NCBI RefSeq assembly: GCF_964204645.1
Contig: NC_134027.1
Span: 26,002,560-26,066,559 of the forward strand
Length of the DNA: 64,000 nucleotides
Source of the DNA: Tubulanus polymorphus
Lineage: Eukaryota; Animalia; Nemertea
Direction of reading: 5' to 3'
Below are positions 12,900 to 24,597 of this stretch, piece after piece. The notes under the pieces were generated by a model. That model saw only the letters and a program-made list of their open reading frames with translations. It was not told the DNA's origin and made no database searches. Every line of letters begins with the position of its first letter. The stretch's first letter is position 1. The position numbers and the translations under genes were made by a program.

Positions 12900-13105
12900 A
12901 GTGGGTTCACAGACCTGAATAGTGGGTTCATCAGTTCAACAGTGGGTTTATAGAGCTGAATACAGTGGGTTCATCAGGCTGGATACAGTGGGTTCATCAG
13001 GCTGGATACAGCGGGTTCATCAGGCTCGATACAGTGGGTTTATAGAGCTGGGGATAAAGTGGGTTCACAAGGCTGGATACAGTGGGTTCAAAGAGCTGGA
13101 TACAG
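12900..13105. repeat. Minisatellite, 23-bp unit GATACAGTGGGTTCATCAGGCTG
   Basis: Diverged tandem copies. Confidence 0.9.
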
Positions 13106-14913
13106 TTCCACAGTCGAATGATGATTTTATTTTAGGTTTGAAACATTGGAGGAAAATGAACTGATCTACTCATCTCTGAAGTCAAATGTAACAAGTGGAT
13201 AGTTTATGTAAAATCCAAAACTAAAAAATACGAGTCCAAAATGTTTCTTTGAGCGAGTAGTTTACTCAACATTTCGAATATATCCTAATATTCTATAAAT
13301 GGTAATAAACTACGAGCTAAAAGAAACATTTCAGACTTAATCTTTCATTCTAAGTTTGGGATTTTGTACGTATAATCATTACAACACATACTCAACATGT
13401 TCCATCAGAGGTTCTCAAAATATGTCTCTAGGGTTCAAATATTGAAAATGAACTTATTCTAACTTTATTTCAAAGTCCGACTTAACGAACCGCTGTAGAA
13501 CGAGATTAACAGAACACCAGACAACTAAATCCGATCCACGCAGAACGGCTGAAGAGACATTCATTCAATCACTGTCTCGCCGATCAATCTCGCCTGATTT
13601 TTTTTTCTTTTTAACGAAACCGATAAAACATTCTCAATTTCTCTCTGTTTCTCTTCTCCCTCTTTCTCTAAAACCGAATCATGCAATAATTGCTTTCTTT
13701 CTCATCAGTTTCGAGACATGAATACATTTTCTCCGCAGCTAAACGAACGACGAGTCTCTCATTTACCAACAGTCCATAATAAGCCGCTCTTGTTAGAAAA
13801 TACGTCGGCACATTAACGGCGCGGACAATTTCACGAAATTATCCCATGTATTCAAGTCTTGTCCGTGACATGTGTTTAATATCAGAGAGAAAATATTCCC
13901 ATGGAAATCTCTTGGCGCGCGGCGCGTACGTCGTCGTCGAAGGAAGACGGCTAATTGGCCGAGCCCGTTAGCCCGGGCCTGCGTAATGTCGTCTAATGAT
14001 CAGCGGATAATTACGGTCTAACAGTCGAAGTCGCGATCGTCATTAACTCTGAAACGTTTCGAGTGGCTCGCCCCGAATTGCAGGATTAGTCGAAAGACGA
14101 AAAACCACGGTCAATAGACGTTTTTTACGATGACGATGTTAAGATCGAGTTTGCGACTCTGTGTGTGTGTGTGTAATTGAAGCAATTAAATAAAGGCAAA
14201 GATGATTGATATCGAGCTAAGAATTAATGATAGCTAAAGCTTCGCGAAGATTGTTGATTTTAGCTTCAATTCTGACAAAGGAAAGAAAATGAAGCGACTG
14301 TTTTCGGTACATGTTTCATCCAACAGTAGAATAACCCTGTACAGACGTGGAGAATAGATTAAATCACCCAAACCCACTAAAGAAAGTTAAAATCCACCAC
14401 AAATTTAAAAGATTGAAATCTTAATTCATTCATCAACTATCAATATCTAAAATCAAAACGCACAGCATTTCAGAATGTTGCTAACGTTTTAATTTTCGTA
14501 ATTTTGACTTACTTTCTTCATCAACAAATTTCGTTTTTATTATTCTTAATCTTCTAGACTTGAATATAGTCAGATTTTAACATCACTAACTAAAAAACAA
14601 TTATGTCTTTATTTCATAAAAAGGTCACAAAAACCTTATTAATATCCACCACATTTTTACCAAATCACAGTCACTGAATATCTTCATTAGAACGTTCACA
14701 ATCTATGGTTTCTTTTCACGCAAAATTCAGTGATTACAAATACCGAATATACTAACGACATAAAAAGCTTAGTCATCGAGAAGTGCTCAGCTCCCTGTTT
14801 ACCTGTGGAACATTGTGCAGGTGTGCCCTATTAGAAATTGTGCTCCATATGAATTTTTAAGTCATTCAAGGCCATTCATGTAATATGTATGTATTGATAG
14901 GATGGGAGCATAA

Positions 14914-15287
14914 TCTATAGAGAATCCAACCATAATAACGAAGAAGTAATATGAAGTACGAATATGTTTCCTTGAGCTTCCTTGAGTTGAGCTTCCTTGA
15001 GTTGAGCTTTCCTTGAGTTTATTCGAAGTCTCGACTATATCCTTATAGCCATCCTGAATTATTTCTGAAAATGACTATTAGAATATTGTCGAAACATCAA
15101 ATAAACTTCTAGAGTCATAGAAACATTTTTTGACTTCGTGCTAGTTTTTGTTAAACCCTGGGCCCGGTTTTATAGACTGGTATTACCTTTAACCCGCGGG
15201 GCTAACTCGACTCATTTTCAATTGAGTTCGTCCCTGGGTTTAAGGTAATACCAGTCGATAAAACCCGACCCTGGGATTCTCTGTAGA
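14914..15287. mobile_element. Palindromic element family F with hammerhead-like motif in each arm (Penelope-LTR-like)
   Basis: Termini TCTATAGAGAATCC / GGATTCTCTGTAGA. Right arm has TTATTT-CTGAAAA-TGAC..GTC-GAAAC-ATC-AAATAA; left arm carries a degenerate reverse complement. Related copies near 2955-3140, 13205-13375, 19422-19657, 35915-35990. Confidence 0.7.
15161..15270. mobile_element. PIF/Harbinger-like MITE with CTG target-site duplication, nested in family F
   Basis: TIR GGCCCGGTTTTATAGACTGGTATTACCTTTAACCC / GGGTTTAAGGTAATACCAGTCGATAAAACCCGACC; CTG at 15158-15160 and 15271-15273. Confidence 0.87.
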
Positions 15288-16822
15288 TTATCGTCAGAAC
15301 CCGGATGGCTGTAGTGTTTTATCAATAGTTATGATAGGAGAATGTATGTACTTCCCGTGAAAAGCCCCTGATATAATGTAATATAATATTTAAAAAATAT
15401 TAATATAGATAAATTATCAAAAATACTAGTAATATATTATAGTAGCCTATATATATATATATATATGATATTTAATAATATCTATATATATGTATATATA
15501 TATATATATACGGAGTAGTATTAATGTGCGTTTCATTATCAACCAATCAGGAATATTGATTTTTTAGAATATTTTCATGCACACCTAAAACACTTATTAT
15601 AAACAGCTGGTATGAAGTGTAGAATTATTACCTGATGCCGGTTAAATTATTTTTGATACCACGCGTTCTGGAGTGGTATGCGCCGGGTTTCAACAGGCCA
15701 TGTGTCTGTTAATTGTTATGCGTGTTATAACAGTTTTTTTTTGTTGAAATAATTTTCCCCGATCAGGTGACATCGAGTGTTTTTGTATAACCGGTTAAGC
15801 TCGGCTCTGACGCCAGCGACAACAGAATCATTAAACAATTTTTGAAAACCACGATTCGAATCAGGTTCAGAGCTAAAACGATACGCCGAACTCAGTTCCA
15901 CAGTTCTGAGTTCTCGAAGTTAACTCATTAACTAATTATAACTCAAGAGTGAACTCTAACTCTAACAGTGGAACCTGAACTTCCTAAAACAACAGTGAAG
16001 AATGAATATAAAACCCAGCTGGGGGCTAGTTGCACAGTCGTGACTTAAGTCCATATCTCAAAACTCTGCTCATTCGTTCGCTTATATTCAGGTTTTTTTT
16101 TTCCGATTCTATCAGAAAAATGAAGGCATTTTAAATGTTTCTGTTATTGATTGAAAAGTAAGTAATACGTGCACGACGCGCGGCGCGGATGATGGGCGTG
16201 TATCGATTGCACAACATCAGGGGTCATTAGGCCCGCAGGGGTAATTATCAATGCATCAAACTTTTACACGTCGAAATATATCATAACAAATTGAGGCAGA
16301 TATTTCAGTACTTTGCAAAGAACAATGCCTACGAGCAATCAATAATATGACGTTCTAATAATACAACATAATATATATACACGCTATTATAAAATCATTG
16401 TTTTCTTTATGAGTTTTTTTTTAGTCATAGAATTCTCTTTGATAGACACATGGGTGTGACTGAAACTAGCTAGTTAGCTAGTCGGTTTTATTTTGCGGCA
16501 TAAACAAAAACCGGCATCATCAGCTCTAGGGCGCTATGCTGCGTTTCAGTTTTAAAAGCCTGTCGAATAACGTGCCCTCTCCTGACCGCCATCGCGATAA
16601 CAGTGAAATCTCAATATTGACTAGTAGAATTATCAAATATATATTAATAAATCCAAAAATGCTCTCTACTCCACGCATTCAGTAGTAGAGTATATCTCCA
16701 TTTACATATTACACTTAAACAAACTGCTCTGATGCGAAAAATCATTTTACGCAATTCACCATCTGTAGTCTATAAATACACGCGGAACAGAGTATGAAAA
16801 TTTCAAAAAGGTAGATAATCAC

Positions 16823-16978
16823 GGCCGGGCGTAGGTAAAGCCTGTTAGCGCTAGCCGTGGTTAGTAAACTGTGGTTAGGTATAAATGGGCCTAGAAAAAC
16901 GCTGTTAGCTAACCACTGTCTTTCTGTGCCCTGTTGTTCTAAGTTGGTTAGCCTAACAGGGTTTTCCCGCACAGGCCC
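16823..16978. mobile_element. Degenerate MITE with GGCC-type termini
   Basis: GGCCGGGCGTAGGTAAAGCCTGTTAG pairs imperfectly with CTAACAGGGTTTTCCCGCACAGGCCC. Confidence 0.55.
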
Positions 16979-17969
16979 CAGGGTGCTGTGGTTCTGGGAC
17001 GACAGTTCCACGGTTCTGAGTTAGCATTTGACTGCGAGTTCTCTATTCATAGAAAATGAACTAATCACGAGTGAACTCACAACTGTGGAACTGGATCCCA
17101 TGAACTTTCTACGTTTAGTTTTTTTTTCAAACAAAAGCATCCTACTACTATATTCAGCAACTAATCAATTCATAAACGTAAGGATTATCAGCGTGATAAT
17201 CTGACAGAAAGTTCCTTCTTAGAATCTCATCTCATAAAATCTAAACTATATATACATAAATATATTCAGTGTTGATATTCGTACCTAAATACTAGACTAT
17301 AGTTTAATGAGCTGCGGTATATGTATGTATGCATATCGTACACACAATGCACTCGACAAAATAAAATCGGCTTAGGATAAAAATTGAATGAGTCTGAAAA
17401 TAAAAACGCCGCGTAAAAGCTAGAAATACGCCCGGCGATCATACACAAAGTTACGCAATGAATTAATGATAACAGAAAGAAGATATGACACCATTGACTT
17501 ATTCATTAAATTTATTTGATTTATTTTATCTCGAAAGTTCCATCGTCGTCGGTGTCGTACGACTGATGGATGCGTTACCTTCACGCGCCTCCAGGCGTCT
17601 GGTATTAATTCGACTTTGTACTAAAACATCAGTAATAATTGACTATATTTTCGCGCGTCACTCGTCGGGAGAGAAAGGGATATTGAAAGTATTAAGACAT
17701 CACAAACGTAACCGGCGACGACGCGACGAGATGCGAGTTAAATTCGTGACATTTAGCGTTTCATCTCAGCGCGAAAAATACCGGCGAAAAACAAACACAT
17801 AAAGCCGTCAATAATAGAAAGGTGCGAAGAAATCGAACTGAAATCAATAGAATTTACACGTCTGAATTTATTGAAGAGAATTAAAACCTTCTATTTTACT
17901 AGTTTTAAGTAGATATTCTAATAGAAAATGATGTTTACAGAAATAAGTGTAGTCAATTTGAAAAGTTTT

Positions 17970-18320
17970 TGATTGGTCTAGAGCTGGTCACCTGATATAA
18001 CCGAAGCTTGTGATTGGTCTAGAGCCAGTCACCTGATATAACCGTAGCTTGTGATTGGTCTAGAGCCAGTCACCTGACGAAATGTAGCTTGCATTTGGTC
18101 TAGATGTGGTCACCTGATTTAAACTAACAGTCCATACCAAAGGTTCCAATGTTTTACTAACCCTTACTTTTGATTGGTCTAGATCTGGTCACCTGATATA
18201 ATCGTAGCTTGTGATTGGTCTAGAGCTGGTCACCTGATTCAAAAAAAGTCCATACCAAGGGTTCCAATGTTTTACTAACCCTAACATGTGATTGGTCTAA
18301 AGCTGATCACCTGATATAAA
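17970..18320. repeat. Minisatellite, 41-bp unit TGATTGGTCTAGAGCCAGTCACCTGATATAACCGTAGCTTG
   Basis: About 7 copies with two longer spacer variants. Confidence 0.9.
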
Positions 18321-19488
18321 CAGGTCGCCATAAGGCAGTAAGTTCAAATATGAGCCCAGAGACAAAACTTTGGAAATGAACTAATTTAAATCGGAGTTAA
18401 CTCCAACCCACAACTGTTGAACTGGGTCCTGGCCCTTCAATTTCACTGCAGGGACAAATTTAGGGGCTGGTCTGGGGCTCCAGACCCCTCCATTCAGGTG
18501 ACCCTCTTAGTCAAGATAGAAATAACTTAAACCTGCAAATTTGAAACTCATGGCTGTGACGTGGCTGCTTTATATGAAAAATGCCTTTTCCTTCTTTTGG
18601 ACCCCGGGGGTTCAAATTTCCCAGACTGACCCCTGCACTGGGAAGGTGGAAGAGAAAACAACGCACCCTAACTGACGCATTTGACTCATTTCTGGTGCGC
18701 CATTTTGCGTCTGTCGGCGATGTTCATCATAACCCCGAGTCATCGTGTCACAGCTCAGAAGCTCGTCAATCTAATTACTCAATCGTTATTTGCCCCCCTT
18801 AAATTGCGCGGCGTTCGATGTTAATAATAAAACTGATCTACGGCAGTTCGAGATTAATTAGTGTGTATGAAAATAATCCATCTCGCATCGTTGAACGCCG
18901 TTGTGTAAACACCGCCACCGCCCGCGTGCGCGCCAACGCTCGCTTGCCGTTCTTTAATCTACCCTCGGCATCCATTGCGTTCGACGACTACCGCGATTTT
19001 AAAACGCAAATAATTTCTATTCGCGCGTAAATGAATTTCTAGCAGAAACGGTTTTAATTTCGTTGCTCGTTAATCGGCGATGAACTTTATCATCTTTTTG
19101 ACTTATCGACGTTCACAATAGATTTGACTTCGCGTGGTTCATCGTCGACGCGTGTTTGCGTCCGACAAATTGCGAAAGTTTCGTCGAAAATATTTTACGT
19201 AAATGAGCAAATGAAACTAATTCCGTTTATGACTCGAGGCTGTGTTTATCTAAATTTCATTTTACGGCGATGAGTTTAATTGCAACGTCGACTGCTTCTT
19301 CTGTGAATCAAAATTTCGCAGCAATCATCGAGAGTAGTAGAAATAAATGTCTGCTTCATACGATGAACTAATTTTCATTATGGACTGTTTTCATTATGAA
19401 AAAAAACCCTGATAACAAGTTCAGTATTCCCAAAAATGACTATCAAAATATAGTCGAAACGTCTAATAAACTACTAGCTCAAGGAACA

Positions 19489-19540
19489 CAGTATTCCTGA
19501 AGATGACTATCAAAATATAGTCGAAACGTCTAATAAACTA
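19489..19540 (+). ncRNA. Putative minimal type I hammerhead ribozyme (middle unit of a 3x67-bp array)
   Basis: CTGAAGA (19497-19503), extra T, helix II GACTAT/ATAGTC, GAAA (19523-19526), C, GTC (19528-19530); imperfect helix I (TATT/AATA). Confidence 0.62.
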
Positions 19541-21071
19541 CTAGCTCAAGGAACACAGTATTCCTGAAGATGATTATTAAGATATAGTTGAAACTTCAAA
19601 TCAACCACATTAGCTCGAGGAAATATTTTTTTGTTAATATTGTGGGATTCTCTATAGAAAGCCCTGATAACAATCAGCACTTTTTATCATTTAAGAAATG
19701 AAACTTAAGCTCGCTTATGTACAGGGGCTGGTTGCATAGTCAAGGCTTAGACTTAAGATCAGTCTAAGACCAACTTAGTTCTATAGCCAGTCGAACAACT
19801 TGAGACCAGTCTAAGATCATCCTAGCTAGCCAATCTAACAACTTAAGACGAGTCTAAGCTCATTCTATAGCCAAGCTGGTTCTATAGCCAATCTAACAAC
19901 TTAACACCAGTCTAAGACCATCTTATGGTAAAATTTCAGGGATGAAATCTAATTCAACTTCAATCTGTTGTCAGATTGACAACAATCATTGATGTCAGAT
20001 TGACTGAACTTTATTGTCATACCAGGTAAAAAGATGACAACCAGAGACAATGGATGAAAAAAATTCAAATGATCTCGTATCGAAAGCTTTTTCGATATCG
20101 CTGTTCTTTCTTTCAACAGATATATGAGTCATTGATAGTCCATTAGATCTCTCACAGGCAATACGAATGCCCTTGGATATTAAAATAGCCGAACGTTCAT
20201 CGGTTAATATGAGACGCGCGAACTTCGGCGAGAATAAATGTCATTGGAAATTCCGGCATGTCATAAGTTGCCACGAAACAGATAAGTCATGAAACTCTGT
20301 GTGTGTTAAAGCGATTACGGTTTCGTTTCGTAATTCTCGGGTAATCACGTGACCCGCGTACTAATCTTACAACCGATGACCTTATTAAAAGCGAAACCGG
20401 CATCGGCGTCGACGCACGATTCCTCCTCGATTCCGCGATACAACAATCATTACTGATTCACGGCGACCGTCCGCAGGTATTTGATGAAATTTACTCGCGA
20501 CTTTTATATGATATGAGAGAAACTCGCGTCGGTGGCATGCCTCGCATTCGAAAACCGGTAAAATCTATCGAACCCGCCGTCGTCGTTAATTCTAGCGGTA
20601 ACTTCATTTCGGCCAGTAGAAAGCCGGCGGTAATTAAGGTAGCTCGTCGCGTCGATGTTTGGTTCAAACAAAACGATCAAACTTCAAGCCGCCGGTAATG
20701 AGAGGACAGTTTTTGTAGTCGTATATTTGATGCAAATGCAATCAGAGGTCGGATTCACCGTTGGTCGGAATTTCGCCGCCGGGAATTAGGCATACCGCGA
20801 GAAGCCGCGGTTAAAAAGCTCGCATCCCTCTTAAGAAGATTCAATCGAAAATCATCGCCACATCCCGACTACGCGCAATTAATGGGTTTCGCCATCGTTC
20901 GCAGTTTATCCGAGTACTTTCAGATCACTTCTCCCCGAAGCCCGACAGACTGCAAATCATGAAACTATCGCGCGGGCATCGACACTCATATTCATTCTTT
21001 TATATATATATATAACAAATAAAAACCCACTACGTATAGATTTAAGTTTTATAACCAAGAGTTTATTTTAA

Positions 21072-21353
21072 CCCTTTCAGTGCTGACTAATCAATACCCT
21101 ATAGTGCTGGAGATAATTTGAAAATTTTGAAAAATTCCATCCTAGTGTGTTGAATAACGGGAATACCACTATAGTGCGTCTACACCGCCGGTGTATCAAT
21201 AGTTACTAATATTTCACTGTTTGACAGGTGCTGCCATTTTTCAAGAGAGATAACTACTAATTACTAATTAAATCAATACAATGCGGTGCGGTGTACTAGC
21301 AAAATCCATCACTGATTCGTACACCGCAGTGCGGTGTAGATGCACTGAAAGGA
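21072..21353. mobile_element. piggyBac-like MITE (282 bp) with TTAA target-site duplication
   Basis: TTAA-CCCTTTCAGTGC ... GCACTGAAAGGA-TTAA; internal TACACCGC/GCGGTGTA palindromes. Confidence 0.85.
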
Positions 21354-21699
21354 TTAATGAAAATTCTAAAATGATACAATGTTTCAAACTGTCACTAGAG
21401 ATCATCTTCAGTTCCAAACGTTGCGTCATTTTGAATTTTTGGTTAAATCAATTCTTGGATTTAAACTTTTAAATCTGTACATAGTGGCTTTTTTAACGCG
21501 CCGTAAAAACTGTTACAATAGTGTTTTTATACATTGCTACCTAGTATTAGTTATTTAAGAGGTTCTGTGTGAGTTGATGTGCACTATGTTATCAATATTG
21601 GCGTTTCAAAATAACAATTACAATTATGAATTTTGGAGTTTATTTTATAATTTAATATATTTCAATCTATTTTTGATTATTTTTGAGATGTGCCCTACG

Positions 21700-22078
21700 T
21701 CATCAATATGTCAGGGACTGTTAGCCAGTCAATTCAACTCAATTATCGATATATTCATATCCAAAATTGATCCTCAATATCATATAATTCATATCATATT
21801 AATAATTGTCGACGATATTAAGCAGTATACGTGTTATTTTTCAAGGCATCAATAAAACTTTCAAGATAGTTTTTTCATATCATCTTTCCTCTGTTCTGCA
21901 TGTTTCAATACACCGGTTATTCAACTTTCATTCATTGTTAAATATCTATAATTAAATGTCTATTTTATTGGGTAATATTTTATATATCTGTAAATTGTCT
22001 TATGTTTTTGTCAATTTGTAAAGTCCGTTGAGATAACGGACCGTAAATAAATATTATTATTATTACTATTATTATTAT
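21700..22078 (+). mobile_element. Probable 3' end of a non-LTR retroelement
   Basis: Stem-loop GTCCGTT-GAGAT-AACGGAC (22023-22041), AATAAA, then (TAT)n tail; T-rich upstream; 5' boundary uncertain. Confidence 0.55.
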
Positions 22079-22620
22079 AATATATTTCTTGCTAGTTCAA
22101 CGATATCACGAGTCGATGACTCTGCAGTCGGCGGCGGCGACGATATCGGTTAAGAAACAGATTTCGCTTCGATTGCAAAATTCACCGGCGCTTTAGGATA
22201 AATAGAGAAAAGTTACTAATCACCAACGAATGATATATAGTTCATTATCGTTATTGCCCGATACGCCTTAAATAATCGATCGTTCGTTCGTTCGTTTCGT
22301 TTTAACCACTTCGTGACATTTCATTTCAAACAACGTCGACAAAAGTTCACAAACTTTGACAAATCATATTGTTCGACGTGTGCGCAGGAGACACGTATTG
22401 ATTGGATGATGCGCTAATTGTATAATACATATATATATATTCATATATATATATATATATATGTCACGTTCACCGAAGAGTTTGGATTTTATTCAAAGTT
22501 TTCCCTATTAATTTCAGCCACGGGCGAATTTTACTGCATAAAAATAATCATCAGTTTCATTGTGCGACGACAACGTGTTCAATCTATATCCCTACATTAT
22601 TACTAGAAGCCCTGTTAAGA

Positions 22621-22621
<1 letters not shown>

Positions 22622-22719
<98 letters not shown>

Positions 22720-22720
22720 T
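22622..22720. repeat. (TA)n microsatellite
   Basis: Direct observation. Confidence 0.98.
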
Positions 22721-22934
22721 ACTTTAAGTAACATTAACTACTGAAAAACATTGTCCCTCAAGAATTAACAGTAATGCATTTTATCATTCTATATATGACA
22801 GACGTTTCTGACTATTGTATAAGTTCTGATGTATTTAGAGTTCATGAATTTAGTTCTACTTGTTAAAGATCAAAAATTGCAGACTCAAAACCATTAGTGC
22901 ATTAACAGTCAGGGACTCGGTTGAACAGTGCAAG

Positions 22935-23560
22935 CTTAGATCTAAGACCAGTCTTACCTTCATTTTGGTTCTATATCCAATCTAACAACTTAAGACCAGT
23001 CTAAGCTCATTTTGGTTCTATAACCAATCTAACAACTAAAGACCAGTCTAAGCTCATTTTGGTTCTATAACCAATCTAACAACTAAAGACCAGTATAAGT
23101 TCATTTTGGTTCTATAACCAATCTAACAACTAAAGACCAGTCTAAGCTTATTTTGGTTCTATAACCAATCTAACAACTTAAGACCAGTCTAAGCTTATTT
23201 TGGTTCTATAACCAATCTAACAACTAAAGACCAGTATAAGTTCATTTTGGTTCTATAACCAATCTAACAACTAAAGACCAGTATAAGTTCATTTTGGTTC
23301 TATAACCAATCTAACAACTAAAGACCAGTCTAAGCTTATTTTTTTACTATAACCAATCTAACAACTAAAGACCAGTCTAAGCTTATTTTGGTTCTATATC
23401 CAATCTAACAACTTAAGACCAGTCTAAACTTATTTTGGTTCTATATCCAATCTAACAACTTAAGACCAGTCTAAGATCATTTTAGTTCAATAGCCAATCT
23501 AAAAAATCTAAGACCAGGAAGGTTCATTTTGGTTCTATAACAAATCTAATATAAGTAAAG
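22935..23560. repeat. 47-bp minisatellite expanded inside a family A MITE
   Basis: Unit TTCTATAACCAATCTAACAACTAAAGACCAGTCTAAGCTCATTTTGG, bounded by MITE A ends at 22911 and 23598. Confidence 0.92.
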
Positions 23561-24159
23561 ACCAATTTTGACTGCAGTCACAACTGTGCAACTGGACCAA
23601 GTTTTTTTTTGGCCTGGGGAAAATTGACCCAAAACAGGTGTGGGCCAGTTCGACCCCGGCTAAATAGTCTCGACAGTCAGATTATGGCTATAATCAGTAT
23701 GCAGAATAGGTGAACGCTAAGTGAATTAGGAACACAGATTGTAGTGACGATGAAGCGAATGATACCGATGTTGCTCATTTGTGTGAATAAGGAATACAGA
23801 TTGTAGTGAGGATGAAGCGAATGATACCGATGTTCCTCATTTGTCAATGTTTAATCGACGGCTGATGGTTTAATCGCGGTGATTAACATTCAACAGCAGA
23901 CGAACATCGAGACATTAAAACCATCGCCGAGATTGACCACGATTCTCGACCGTAGATCAACGAGCGTTTCAGAGATTACGCGCGCCGTGCGAGCGATATC
24001 TCAAGAGACAAAGGAATTAATAATTTCATCCGTTATCTCGAGATCTTGTATCTCTTTCTTACGTTGATAATTTGCATATCAGTTTTTAGTAATCAGCTGT
24101 ATTACGGCAGACAGCGCGCTTACCACGGAGATGATTACCCCGGTTAATCCCGGTTAATC

Positions 24160-24597
24160 AGGTGCCCCATACTCTGATTACCACGGTGCCCATTGCCCCA
24201 GTTAACTACATGCCCCATACTCTGATTACCACGGAGCCCATTGCCCCAGTTAACTACATGCCCCATACTCTGATTACCACGGTGCCCATTGCCCCCAGTT
24301 AACTACATGCCCCATACTCTGATTACCACGGTGCCCATTGCCCCAGTTAACTACATGCCCCATACTCTGATTACCACGGTGCCCATTGCCCCAGTTAACT
24401 ACATGCCCCATACTCTGATTACCACGGTGCCCATTGCCCCAGTTAATCACATGCCCCATACTCTGATTACCACGGTGCCCATTGCCCCAGTTAACTACAT
24501 GCCCAATACTCTGATTACCACGGTGCCCATTGCCCCAGTTAATCACATGCCCCATACTCTGATTACCACCGCGCTAGCTAATCGTGCGCCCCATACT
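24160..24597. repeat. Minisatellite, 48-bp unit
   Basis: Unit GCCCCATACTCTGATTACCACGGTGCCCATTGCCCCAGTTAACTACAT. Confidence 0.95.

Noticed and set aside
17970-18320. CRISPR-like repeat with variable spacers (also 51230-51620)
   Set aside because: Spacers are homologous to each other, there are no cas genes and the context is eukaryotic.
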